A stretch of DNA of 63,378 nucleotides, the filler included, from Octopus bimaculoides (taxonomy: Eukaryota), in the NCBI RefSeq assembly GCF_001194135.2. It is 6 parts of 6 records of this genome, joined end to end, with 100 filler letters (N's around TTAATTAATTAA, not from the genome) between each part and the next. Parts side by side here need not be neighbours in the genome. Positions count along the whole stretch, not along the records: positions 44,447 to 58,370 come from NC_068999.1; positions 58,471 to 62,274 come from NC_068982.1; positions 62,375 to 63,378 come from NW_026337720.1; 3 more parts are not named here. One strand, given 5' to 3'. Of this stretch, positions 50,311 to 63,378 are shown one piece after another. How positions within the stretch are numbered: the stretch's first letter is position 1; each line of letters opens with the position of its first letter. Under the pieces are notes generated by a model. It saw only the letters and a list, made by a program, of their open reading frames with translations, made no database searches and was not told the DNA's origin. Position numbers and translations under genes: made by a program.

Positions 50311-51595
50311 TTATGCCATCAGCCTTGTATTTCGAAATTTAAACATTAAAAACAATTCAAAATGTTTTTAATATTCTTTTTATAAGAAATGTCTGCATTT
50401 CTATGAAGATTTTGGTGACATGACTAAGACAGACTGCATTGCAAATATCTATTTGCTGCAATCGAATACAGGCAGCTAGATACAGGGTTTGAAGAAAGTT
50501 TGGAGTCAGCCATTTTATCTTGTACCTATTAACATTATGTGAATTTAGGCAATGTTTCTCTTAGCTATTTGTCTTCTTTCGTTAGGCTTGCGACTTATAC
50601 ACATCAAAATACAAAAAAAGCAGAGGTACCTGCATCTTCGTTGATTGTAAGCAGTCGATAGATTCTTAGTATTTATATTTTGAATTCTCAGTCTTTGCAG
50701 TTCCTTTCTATAGTTATCTACTATGGCCATGTTGAAGCGAGCATGTACCTACGCAATACGTATCTGTAACTCTAAACCTCAACCTACGCCAAGTAACTAA
50801 TTCGAGCAAAAGATTCCTTTCCCTGCATTTCTATCTGTTTTAAAAGTTTAATCAGAAATCTTACACAAGCTTTTGAGTTTTACTCCCCTTACAGGACATG
50901 ATTATGCTTCACGAATATTACAGGAACAAATAAGATAGATGTTTTACCAACAATTTCTAAAAAAACTGTTTACTACAGGCCTCCATTCAACCCGGAATGA
51001 GCAAGTTGCAGTTAGGTAACAGTTCGTTGTGTGTACAGTCCTAGTTACAAGGTTATGTCTTTTACGTTCCTGATGAAGACCTATCCACACCAGAAATGTA
51101 TCAGTCTCTCAGGAAAATTCCACAATCGGCGCATAATTACCTACATAATTACGAAGTAAAGAAAAAGCTTCGTTTGGCATAAAGATCTACCTTAGAGACA
51201 TGTAGAAAACACGTGTTGATGACTGAATTGCTGGAGCATATCCTCATATTCATCTGTGTATGTGTGTGTGTGCTATACAAAAATACGCATATACATAGTT
51301 GTATATTACTGTATTTGAGGTATTTGAGCAATGCTAATTGCGTAAGTGTATTTATGAGAGAGTAATACGCTTTTTGGAATTATTTTTACCTATGAATGAT
51401 TCATAAAATAAGACCAATAGATGAAAAGAGTATATCATTATATACAGCTATGTATATGTAGGTACGGCTTCCTCTTCTGGTTCATTCTCTCACAGCTAGA
51501 CACGCATCCACTCGCACACACAAATATACATATATTGTTATATGTACGAATTATATTCTATACATGTAAGCGTTTATACGCGCATATACACGTAT

Positions 51596-51636
<41 letters not shown>

Positions 51637-51666
51637 CTATTCATGCATACATACATGCATACATGC

Positions 51667-51708
<42 letters not shown>

Positions 51709-52010
51709 AATATGACTGTGTGTGTATCTAAATACATATCACTCATCAATACATACTCAAATGCATCAACTCAAAATTTGTTGATGTAAACAGAACAAAC
51801 AAAATGCAATTAAATATTCATGATCGACTTTGCTTCGATTTCTTTGCCAAATAATAAAGCAAAATAATGAATCCAATTTATATTCAATTGAATATTTAGT
51901 AATTAGATACGTTTGGCTAGAAATAAAATTGACAAAAGTAAAACTAACACGATATACCAGTCTTTCGTATTCCTATCGCGAAGTTTATTCTATATCTATA
52001 TTTTGCATAC

Positions 52011-52011
<1 letters not shown>

Positions 52012-52102
<91 letters not shown>

Positions 52103-52128
52103 CATAATAATAATAATAATAATAATAA
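52012..52128. repeat. (AAT)n microsatellite
   Basis: Directly visible. Confidence 0.95.
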
Positions 52129-55100
52129 ATGAGAGAAGAATAAATGTCTCTCTATATATCTGTGTGTGTGCGCATGTGTATGTGTGTGTATACCGATTAT
52201 ACACACCCACACACGCATACACAATAAAACAGCGATAATGTTCTCCTATGCAACACATGTGATTAAACTCGGAATAGGTACACAAAATATGTAACAACAT
52301 GGTTATACACACAGATACACATACTTTAACACACACACACACACACACACCTACCCAAACACACATACGCACATAAATACATATACACATGCATATGTGT
52401 TCCTGTCTCTTTCTCTGGGCATATATATATATATATATATANNNNNNNNNNNNNNNNNNNNNNNNNNNNNNNNNNNNNNNNNNNNNNNNNNNNNNNNNNN
52501 NNNNNNNNNNNNNNNNNNNNNNNNNNNNNNNNNNNNNNNNNNNNNNNNNNNNNNNNNNNNNNNNNNNNNNNNNNNNNNNNNNNNNNNNNNNNNNNNNNNN
52601 NNNNNNNNNNNNNNNNNNNNNNNNNNNNNNNNNNNNNNNNNNNNNNNNNNNNNNNNNNNNNNNNNNNNNNNNNNNNNNNNNNNNNNNNNNNNNNNNNNNN
52701 NNNNNNNNNNNNNNNNNNNNNNNNNNNNNNNNNNNNNNNNNNNNNNNNNNNNNNNNNNNNNNNNNNNNNNNNNNNNNNNNNNNNNNNNNNNNNNNNNNNN
52801 NNNNNNNNNNNNNNNNNNNNNNNNNNNNNNNNNNNNNNNNNNNNNNNNNNNNNNNNNNNNNNNNNNNNNNNNNNNNNNNNNNNNNNNNNNGAAATATTTT
52901 CGTTCTAATTATGAATTTTCTATAAAAATTTCTTCTTTGAAATATTTCCGGGTACCTAACTCTTTATGTATAGAAATTGCTTCGATTCAACCCGATATAT
53001 ATTCGCATATAAGTGACGCAGTTACTTTAGCTAAATGCCTATTGACATTCTACATAGAGCTACTTGAAAAGTTTCTGAGAATAAATTTATGAATACGTTT
53101 CGTAGTGCACTATATTTTCTTATTTCCTTTTTTTTTTTTTTTTTAGTTCACTATGCAAAGATATTTTATAAAGCAAGCAGGATAAATTTGGGAACCAGTT
53201 TTTTCCTGCTTACAATTTTTATTCTTTTCATTTCAAAATCTTTGAAAACTTGCCACTTAAGTTCCTTCTGGCGTGATGATGTCTACGAAGGAAGTTTGAA
53301 TCAAGACAATTCCGGTTAGTTGTAGGGTTACTTCAGCAGGTTCTTCAACGAGTTGTAGTTTATTTTAAACACAAACATATAGATTTCTTGCGAGAAAAGG
53401 TTGACACCTATTTACCTTTAATCTAGTCACATGTCTTTTCATATTGAGCTTCATTAATTCAAGCACTAAGATCAAAACACGTGGGCAAAAGTTGCCTTGG
53501 TTTTCAGTGAGGATTTGATAAATTTTGGACTCCCTAAATACTGGTGTCCAGATAAAAGAACCTATCAGTACAGAACTATCAGTTACAGTACCATATCGAT
53601 TCCCTTCCTCTCTGGAATCCTTTGTTTTCTAACTTTTATGGGTAACATCCCAATAATTTGATATCATTAACGTTTATTCCATGATTAGACACTATCACGC
53701 TGATGAACTGCCAAATATCCAACAAACCTAACTCGCCGTATTATCGGCAGATGTGGAGCTTACGAGTCCAAATTCTTCCTTGCAGTACTGAGATTACGCC
53801 AAGCTAATACTTCCATACTCATCACCAGACTTTCAACATTACCACGATTCCATGTGTCACCCAAAAGTGCATTAATTCCAATTTCGAAAAGGAAATGAAG
53901 ATATAAATCGTATTCTTCCTCGAATATTGCTGTGTACAATTCTCTGGTAAAATGTTCCTTTCCCTTTTCGATCTCCCGTTCCCTCACCCTGTTTTTTTCT
54001 CTCTATATCTCTCTCTCGCATATCTAATCCATAAAGATTATCGCGACTCACAACGTTACACACAGGTCAACAGACTTTTTTTTCTGCGAACTATACTTTT
54101 CCATCCAATAACACAATTGAAACAGTAGATTCTATGGACACCAAATAACATTAACATTAAACACCCTGCATGATAGCACAATCATTGCTGCATGATACCG
54201 CTGATTTAAAATTTGCTATTCTTCCTTCTGGAGTCCATTAGCAAAGTACAAGGATTGGGCGACTGACAGAATAAATCGTTGAATTAAGGAACGAAGAGCT
54301 TCGCAGTGTTTACATGATGTCTTTGGCTTCCATTGTTTTTGCGGAGTATACTTTAAGAGTTGGATGTCTAAATCCACCATCGGCGGTGTTTAAGGTAGTT
54401 GTCACACTTCTGAGTCTGTTCTAATCACATCAATCTACATAACCTAATCTCCTTAGCAACAAGTTTCCGTGGAGTGTAAGTAAATTAAGTCATAAGGAGA
54501 TATGAGGATTACCCCAATCCTGATATCTCCCTATCAGGACGGGTGTAATCCTATTCTCAATGTTTCCAATGGATCCCAGAAGATTCTAGAAAGTTCTTTT
54601 AATTTGTAACATCTTTTAACTTCTAAATTACTTTGTAGTTTTCAAAAGATAAAATAGCATGATAGAATTCTGTAAATATTGTTATCATAGTAGTATAAAT
54701 CAAACGAAATCAAATATATATGAAGTGTAATTGAACAGTGATTTGAAATAGCCCCTAATATAAACTGAAACTAGAACCATGGTGCGTGAAGAGTTTCAGT
54801 TATTCAACGAATATCAACAAAAAACAAGAGAAAAAGCACAGAAGCAATACTACTATTCTACGGAATCTTTATAATATGTACACTCCGTATATTTAAATCT
54901 AGGTTTATATGTATTCATAGAAGAGCGTATAATGTACATAATCCACGTCAATATAGGTGATATTTTAAAATTTAATTTGTATCCAGTTATGAATTAAAGG
55001 TGCAATTAAAGGTGAATATCATTGAAACAATGGCAAGGCTGAAGTAAATACAGAATACGTCGTCAAATACGTTTATTAGATATAATCAGGCAGTTACAGA

Positions 55101-55540
55101 CATATAAACGTTATTGTATTTTACACAGAAAGTGCATATCATATAAATGCAAGCACGCACAGGTACTCTCGCACATGTATACTCACATGAATATGTGCAT
55201 ACATATTCTCATGAATAGATGTACAAAGACTCACACGGTCACACACGCGTACACATATGCAAGAAATGAACGTATTAATAATTTCTGTGTTCAATTTAAA
55301 CGTGTAACGATCAGAATTATGGCAGCAGATATTTTCCCACAAACTCGAGCACATACATGGACAGGTCTTGCCGACAGATGAGAGATTTTTTTGTTTGTTT
55401 GTCTGTTTGTGTTGTTCTTAGTGGATGAGTGTATTCGGAATTAACAGCTTTGATATTAGTTCAAGAATTTTGTTATTAAATGTCAACTAATAATAAGAAT
55501 TTCGTCTCTGTATTACCGTATATAAATCACTCAATTACAC

Positions 55541-55575
<35 letters not shown>

Positions 55576-57039
55576 AAGCACTTACGGTTTTGAAGGATGA
55601 GAAGGTTTTAATACAATACGTGCTGCAATGGTAGACGTATGAATTTTATGAGATATGAAACGCGGATAGGAATATGTTGTCCAATGTTTGTTCAAATATA
55701 TGTGAAAGATTGTATATTGCATTATTGATTGGTCTTTGAATTTTTACGATAATGTTTCCATATTAAACAAAATATGCTAAGGATTGGAGAATTGATAACG
55801 ACTGATATCTTCATTATCATTAACGTGATTGTCCCAATTTATAGGGTGCTGTAAAACAACCCTTGGACTGACGCAGTGCGCAGTAATACGCAGTGCATAG
55901 TAACTTCAACTTACGCTTTCACATACAAATAGAACATACTGTAAGTGGGGTGCATATGGTTGTTTCCTTGACATCTATTTACTGACTTAGATCAGATCTC
56001 CAAGTTGTCAATTCAAAACTTTCAAGAAATTTTAAAAGCTTTAAATACTTTCTGAGGTTTACATGTTTATATGCAGCAAATAATCAAAATATAGTTTTAT
56101 ATTTTGCGATTGCGGAAATATGAACGTTCTGTAGTATCTGTGTGTTGTTGAAAAGCCCGGATATATCGTTACAATAGACATGGTAGTCGTGAAGATAGTT
56201 TATTATATGATTCTGCTAAGAATTTTGCAACCTGTAAGCTGTACTTCCTTGAATCGCTTATAGGCAGTTTTCATTGTTCCATAAGATTTCAGTGAATGTC
56301 GAATTTAGTATTGGCTTTTTATTTTTCGATTTCCACATATACGTTTGTGAGATTCTGTTTCTACAAGTTTGTGAACAGAAAAGTAGAAATAGCAAAATTG
56401 AACTTACACTTCACCGTTTCAATCGACATCTACGATTTGTTTCGTGGAAATGCATTTAGTTTTGCGGGTATTGGCCTTATTGCTTTTGATGTTTATGGCT
56501 GATTTAAAGAACAGCATCTTTGTTTCTCATAATTTTTTAAGCCTAAATTTTGCATGGTTATCTCAGTTTTGAAAATGTAGGTTTTATTGTGGTCTTGTGT
56601 TGCTACGAATTCGCAAAAATTACATTTTTATTAGAGAATACCATGTATTTGTAGTTGAACTGCGAATATTTATTAACTAAATCTAATTTAGTTTAAGTAA
56701 TGCACATTGTACCGAATAGTATTCTGACATATTTCCCTGTTCGTATTAATGTTACAAGAAATTATCTCTCTATTACCTTACTGATAAGTTCCTTAGTAAA
56801 GCATACAGTTGTCGTTTCGATAGCGTTTTTATTTGGTGATAATTGGTTCCCCCGGGAATGATTTTTGCTTTGCATCTTAAAAATAGCTGTAGACTTAAAT
56901 ATACGATCTGACATTGCTCGTTTGTCATTTCTGATATTATAATTAACCATTTTCTGCATTAAAAAAATGGAATAATGATGATAATAATAATGATAACAAC
57001 AACAACACTAATAATAATAACAATAAAGGCTTATAACAC

Positions 57040-57260
57040 CTTGATATGCATGTAAAATCACATTGACTGTTGCTTATATATGCACAGTGATAGCAAAGTC
57101 TCCAATGTACAACACATCTGCAATCAAACGCCTTCCTAAAAAAACGTTTAAATTTTGCTCCCACAATGAATACTTAAATGATGAGACCTTACACGTGAAA
57201 CAGATGTTAGTCGATAATGGAAAGCCTTATAGATCTGTATATCAAGCTATATAACAATTC
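57040..57260 (+). mobile_element. Penelope-like RT thumb remnant
   Basis: SAIKRLPKKTFKFCSHNEYLNDETLHVKQMLVDNGKP resembles the PLE motif i..L..RA..iCS....l..E...ikq.L..NGYP. Confidence 0.55.
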
Positions 57261-58202
57261 AAGCATAAAATCACTCAAAACAAGGAAAATGAAGCTTCAA
57301 TCACCAACGACTAAACAAACAACGTATACCTGCAGGTAGTATACAATGACATCCTAGTTACTACATAACTGCATATATATATGAGGACTAAAATATCCTT
57401 CAAAGAGCTCATGAAAATGATGGAACACTAGCTTAATCGCAACAAGTAACGATCTCATAAAATATAGTTTAATAACACTAATATGAAAAATCCCCATGTT
57501 AAGATGAAACAAAAGACAAAAAAAAAAAAAACGAGCAAACCATAGAAAGCTATTCAGGCAAATAACGTAATATACAGTTCCCAATGGGAACATTAAATTT
57601 ATAAGCATCAGGATTCAATATGTTACATTAGACTAATAGGATAATTTTTGCCCATTTTCTATGTATTTAAAAGGCGGTATTGCAACTTAGAATGCAGTTG
57701 TGAAAATGTAATTGGATAAAAACTCATTAGGTTATGGCTACAAATTTTATATAAAATAGCACAAAAATCAGATAGAAAATGTATGAAATATTTGTTGACA
57801 TAAAATACGACCCTAAATAAAACACAGATATATAAGACAAAAAATAAATATCATGACATCATGAAATCTGCGGAGGTTCAAGTCATCAGTAACACCATGC
57901 TCAATAATATTTTCAGGTAAGCATAAAATGTAAGGACCATATGACATGAAAAGCACTTTCACGAGGTAAAGAGGTTGTGAAAGTCGTGAAACGTCAGGTC
58001 TATGGATTATATATATATATATATATATATATTTGTTTTGCAAGATTTTTTATGTGAAATCGTGTGTTGAAACAGATGTTGTTGTACTTGGGGATGGTCG
58101 TATTGCCAGTTTAGCCAATAAAAACACACGCACTGTATATTTGGTGTTAATGTTTTTTTTTTTCAGCTTTATATTACATTAATCTTAATCTTAATCTTAT
58201 TT

Positions 58203-58248
58203 CGGCCAGAGTTCTTTCGTCACACTTCTGTGACCTCATCAGTGGTCC
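58203..58248 (-). ncRNA. Minimal type I hammerhead ribozyme motif (intact core)
   Basis: Minus strand: GGACCA-CTGATGA-G-GTCAC(AGAAGT)GTGAC-GAAA-GAAC-T-C-TGGCC. Confidence 0.65.
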
Positions 58249-58470
58249 TTTGTTTCCTTCTTTCTTATGTGTGTCTCACCTTGCTAACTATCAGCCATTT
58301 TGTATTTTGTATTCCTATTGTATGTGTCTACGCATGCGTGTCCTTCAATGTGTCTGTGTCTTTTGTAAGTNNNNNNNNNNNNNNNNNNNNNNNNNNNNNN
58401 NNNNNNNNNNNNNNTTAATTAATTAANNNNNNNNNNNNNNNNNNNNNNNNNNNNNNNNNNNNNNNNNNNN

Positions 58471-58540
<70 letters not shown>

Positions 58541-58562
58541 TCTAACATATGCACTAAACCTG

Positions 58563-58685
58563 GATTTATTTTTTTTATTTTCAGGAACAGAGAGAATAAT
58601 CAATAATATCGACCCCGGTATTTGACCGATATGTTGTATATAGACGTCGGAAGGATGAAATGCGAGGTTGACTCCGGCGGGAAAA
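58563..58685 (-). mobile_element. SINE family B fragment
   Basis: ATATCGACCCCGG...GGAAGGATGAAATGCGAGGTTGACTCCGGCGG. Confidence 0.6.
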
Positions 58686-59004
58686 TGATAATTAATAAAG
58701 CCATAAACAAGATGACAACTCTGCGGCATTCCAACCAAATCATACGGCAATTCCAGAAATATCTGACGACCATATATGGGTTTTAGTTATGCTAACAGAC
58801 AGATTGGTGGGGGTGACGGGTGGATTGGTCGGTAGGTGATCGTGTGATAAGTGATGTTAGTACGAGATGTTACTGCCGGATGACAGGTTGATATTTTGGC
58901 AGATAACTTGATTCTCTCCAATATAAGGTTTGTCAAGTGACAGGATAATTCCTCATTATATATACTCACACATACACATGCGCACACACATATGCAACAC
59001 ACAC

Positions 59005-59035
<31 letters not shown>

Positions 59036-59037
59036 TG

Positions 59038-59077
<40 letters not shown>

Positions 59078-59232
59078 TATTATATTACATATATATATTA
59101 TATTAGTACTGTTTTTGGAAGGAAAAATACAAGCGCGCTGTGCGTATTATTGTGTGTGCGTGTGTATGTGTGTATGAGCACGCGTGTGTTTGTGTGCGTT
59201 TGTGTATAATATATATATATATCGGTGATTGT

Positions 59233-59277
59233 CGTACGCTGACGAAGGGTAAATACCCAGAAACCCGGGTCCGTGCG
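59233..59277 (+). ncRNA. Minimal type I hammerhead ribozyme motif (intact core, palindromic stem III)
   Basis: CGTACG-CTGACGA-A-GGGT(AAAT)ACCC-A-GAAA-CCCGGGT-C-CGTGCG: 6-bp stem I, 4-bp stem II, ACCCGGGT palindrome, GUC cleavage triplet ending at 59271. Confidence 0.7.
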
Positions 59278-59511
59278 TACCACGTCAGATCGACGATGGG
59301 AAGGATGACTTCCCTTTGCAAATACCGCAGGGCACAGTAAGTGTGTCAATAGCCAGCTGGGGGAGATGTTCTCCTGGGGCTACAAGCTACAGTAGCATTC
59401 ATCCTTAGGGGNNNNNNNNNNNNNNNNNNNNNNNNNNNNNNNNNNNNNNNNNNNNNNNNNNNNNNNNNNNNNNNNNNNNNNNNNNNNNNNNNNNNNNNNN
59501 NNNNNNNNNNN

Positions 59512-59665
59512 GTCACACTCTGTGTCGCGCTGAATCTCCTTGAGAACTACGTTAAGGGTACGGGTGTCTGTGGAGTGCTCAGCCACTTACACGTTAATTT
59601 TACGAGCATGCTGTTCCGTTGATCGGATCACCAAGAACCCTTGTCGTCGTGACCGATGGAGTTTG
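59512..59665 (+). mobile_element. SINE family C, 3' part
   Basis: Reverse complement of 3360-3515. Confidence 0.85.
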
Positions 59666-60374
59666 CTAGTTTAAAAGCATCCCTTTTGTTATCTCAGAGA
59701 ATGAATTATTCACACCTAAAAGTAAGACACATTACACACGGTTAAGTTCAATAATAATATATGTGTTATTACTATCAAAGGCATTGAATAAATACCTTTC
59801 AGTAAATTATAAAGGTTACCTGAGGTTCTTACTCCTACTAATATTATTTAACTCAGTACTGCTTCTCGTACAGACGTGTGGTTGGCGGCGATTAACCAGC
59901 CATCACGCCAAATTTACGTTGTAACGAGGGTGCGTAAGCAGACGGTAGGATTTAAAATGAAACCTGTGAAAGACCAAAAGATCTTCGCAAAGAAAAGCTA
60001 ATGACGAAACAGACCTGGAGAAGAAATAGACATTATGGTTTATCTACCTTTTGAAACCCGTATTGCAGTACAACTGCAGTCTTCCTTGGTAGCGGAATTT
60101 TAATGGCTCATGGATTCTTTGGAAACTAAAAGAAATAAGACTGATTATCATTGATGTAATATAGTTATGTCTTATAGGAGGTTGATTAAAGATGGAAAAT
60201 ACAGCTATATTTAACTTTCATTGTGTATATTTGTGTGTGTGTGTGCGCGTGCGTGTGAGTGAGCTCACGTGTCTACGTGCGTGAGCACGTGTGTGAGTTT
60301 GTATACATAAATAAGGTTCAAAGTTATACAAAAAATATATTCATGTTATATGAATATTTTAAGTGTGTATCCAT

Positions 60375-60428
<54 letters not shown>

Positions 60429-60565
60429 TCAATGCAGTGGAAATGCTAAGAATTCACCCCACAAGAAACAAACATGCATTCGTTCAGTGTCTGCTCATTA
60501 CCGACTTGTAGCTTTCTATTCAAGAGCTTTCATCGCCTGCAGGAGAAGATCCGGCTGTTGTTGGG

Positions 60566-62274
60566 GTTATTATTATTCTGTTGTCTTATTTTTATCACGT
60601 GCCTTCACTACCGAGTGCAGATTTGTATGCCTTGGGTATGTGCTGTGGTTTGTTGCAGTGCTCTTATTTTCACTGTACTGAAAGTGTTTTACGATGGATG
60701 TGTGCGGTACCTAGAAGTGCTATTTTCTGTATGTTATATATACTTGTAAGTCCTGGTATTTTTATTATGTATTTGCCTGAATGTTTTTTTTTATCATATC
60801 TAATGCACCTACTATAAAAGGAATTGTTTCTGTTTTTAAGCCCCACATTCGAGTTACCTCTATTCCCAGATCTTAGTATTTTGAAAGTTTCTCCATTTCT
60901 TTTAGAGAAACACTGTCATCGGTTGGTATTGATACATCGATAAGAAACCGTTTTTGTTTCTTGGTGATCTCTGACAACTATATTCGGCATATTGGCCTTA
61001 ATTTCTCTATCTTTGTGTATTAGCATATCCCAGAGTATGGTTGCTTTCCCATTTTCTGTGACTTTTTCTGGGGTGTGCTTATACCATCTTTTTTCTATTA
61101 TTCCAAAGCGTTAGCATAGCTGCCAGTGTATATAGATCCCAACTCTAGGCAACCAGAGACAATATGATTTATTGTTTCTTCTCCATCATCACATATTCTG
61201 CAGTTACTTCTTGTGTTTCTTTTCATTACGTGTTTTTGGTGTTTTCTGGTGGGAAGGTTTTGATCTTGTGCCGCAATGAAAAATTCTTCAGTCTCTTCTT
61301 TGAGTCCTGAGCTTCTCAACCATTGTTGGGATTTTGCTTTGTCTATTTATTTTCTGTTTAGCTTAACCCAATATTTGCCATGTAGGGGCTTTTCTTGCCA
61401 TCGTTTTATTATGATACGTTGCGGTTCCAGTTTCAGTTTGGATTTCAGTTGTTTTACAGCTTTTGTTGTTTCCCCTTTTTCGTTATAGCTGTTAGGTATC
61501 ATGTCTTCTTTTTTGTATTTGTCAGCTTTCTTAAAGACAGAACACAGTTTTTTTGTTTTGTTCGTGTTTTGTAGCTATCTGTATCAGTTTTCCTTGCCTC
61601 TGAAGTAGGTATTTCTGTAATCCTATGGCGGTTATTTTATAATAGTTTTCTAGCTGTATAATGCCACCTTCGACACGTTGTATATATAGCCTTCCTAGAT
61701 AGATTTTGGGTGGTGCTTCCTAAATCCTGCCATTATTTTTCTTGGTTTCCTGTCTATTTTGATTAGTTCATTTGAGTCCAGTTAAGAATAAGAAGTAACT
61801 TATAACTGGGACGGCTAGAGTGTTGATACTTATTCTCTTGTTTTTCGCATTGAACTCTGTTTCAGCATTAATGTAACTCGTCTATAGTATTCCTTTCTTA
61901 TCTTCTCTTTCATTTGTGTGTATCGTATCTAGTTCATTGGTTCCTAAATATTTGTATGTCTGGCTTTCATCTAATTCCCTTATTTCATTTGCTTTATCTA
62001 ATGTGATATTGTTACTCTTAACTAATTTTCCTCTTTCCAAGGTTACTTTGGGACATTTTTCAAAGATAAATTTCATGTTAATTTAATTGGTAAATCCATG
62101 TACTGTCTGTAGTAATGTTTCCAGTTATTTATCATTTGTAGCATACAGTTTTAGATCATCCATATACAAGAGATGGTTGATTGTTTTGCCGTAACACTTG
62201 TATCCACATCCAGTTCAGTTTAGCATGTCAGTTAAAGGTGTCAGAGTCAATCAGAAAAGGAGTGGAGGGAGCGT
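60566..62274 (-). mobile_element. R4/Dong-clade non-LTR retrotransposon (RT + CCHC + restriction-like endonuclease), degenerate and cut by a gap
   Basis: NHLLYMDDLKL (YMDD 62155-62166), YKYLG, GLKEETEEFFIAAQDQNLPTR, CRICDDGEETINHIVSGC, KRWYKHTPEKVTENGKATILWDM, LIDVSIPTDD..KEMEKLSKY, KIALLGTAHI; short (AAT)n tail; several stops and frameshifts. Confidence 0.92.
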
Positions 62275-63378
62275 NNNNNNNNNNNNNNNNNNNNNNNNNN
62301 NNNNNNNNNNNNNNNNNNTTAATTAATTAANNNNNNNNNNNNNNNNNNNNNNNNNNNNNNNNNNNNNNNNNNNNAAATTATGAATGAAAAAATTAGGAAA
62401 GAAAAAAATTATTAAGGATAAAAGTTTAAACTTTATATATATATACAAAGTTTAATAAAAAGAAAAAAAAACCTTTAACGATATTATAAACAATAAAGAC
62501 TATTTATTAATCAAATATTATCAATCAAAAATAATCGAAAATATAACAACACTATTCAAATCGAAGTTCTAATATTATGTAGAAATGAAACTATAACTTA
62601 TAAATAATTTAGTGTTAAATAAGTTATCTATTAAAAATAATCTATAAAGAACCAAATGAATAATATAAAAAACAAGAATACATATTATTTTCAAATAGTA
62701 GAAAATCTTTAGCAAAGTAAAAACAGTACTTATCCATATTTCTCCGTAATTCAAACTGAAACTAAGACGTTATCTAATAGCTATAGCGTTTTAAGCAAGA
62801 GGTCGCGCGAAAATACTACGTTAAAATAGAGAGTAGAATACGAAAACATAAATGAAATAATAATACTTTAAAAAATGAATGAAAAATTTAAAATTTATAT
62901 AACTAACAACATAAAAGAACAAAAAACTATAGTTATCTTATAAAACATATTAATAAAATTTAAATTCTAATATATAATAAATTAATAATAAGACTAAGAG
63001 TCGTAAATTAAATAATATAATATTATGAAATAAGCTAAAATACTACTATTGATTTAGTCTTATAAAAACGTAGTGTCATTGTAATATAAAACCTTAAACT
63101 TCTTAAAATATTATAAAACTACTCTATATATATACATAAATATATATCTACGCATACACACATGTACCTACCTAAACATACATATAAATACAATCACACT
63201 CATACACACATATAAATAAATAAAGAATAGTATATATAAAAATACACACTCCCACTCACCCTCCCATACTCTCAAATATACATATTATATAGATTCACAT
63301 AGACATACATATATACATATATATAAATATATAAAATATAAAATATATACACTCATATGTATACTCTAGTTTATACAC

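Noticed and set aside
51066-51104. CTGATGAAG...GAAATGTA
   Set aside because: Stems I and II do not pair.
53760-54420. Minus-strand ORFs including GGFRHPTLKVY (L1/Tx1-like?)
   Set aside because: Single weak motif; no PRDM14 N-terminal motif either.
54506-54552. Nested hairpin AGGATTACCCC...GGGTGTAATCCT
   Set aside because: Isolated, with no recognisable RNA family or TE terminus.
7800-62330. Recurrent palindrome TTAATTAATTAA
   Set aside because: Always centred in a 100-bp N block; an artificial scaffolding linker, not biology.

Overview
AT-rich, repeat-dense animal genomic scaffold with about 4 kb of N gaps. The SINE, LINE and microsatellite complement looks cephalopod (Octopus-like); this is an inference from recalled repeat families. 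Only one protein-coding exon is confidently identifiable: a 161-nt minus-strand PR/SET-domain exon of PRDM14 (2247-2407). The rest is intronic or intergenic. It holds three tRNA-derived SINE families, CR1-like, R4/Dong-like, Penelope-like and L1-like retroelement remnants, Tc1/mariner, pogo/Tigger and hAT MITEs, a Helitron 3' end and many microsatellites. Nearly all ORFs in the supplied track are artefacts of microsatellites or N runs. Four observations stand out. (1) Several Penelope-type minimal hammerhead ribozyme motifs occur in unrelated repeats: two with intact cores and two with a CCGANGA-type core. (2) A 2-kb CpG-rich satellite reads as a TA->CG transliteration of ordinary TA/TTTA microsatellite. 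(3) A ~23-kb CpG-depleted domain (about 11-34 kb) suggests a methylated, unannotated gene body with candidate micro-exons. (4) A CR1 LINE and its probable partner SINE share a 3' tail. Repeat coordinates are approximate and family names come from recalled motifs, not database searches.
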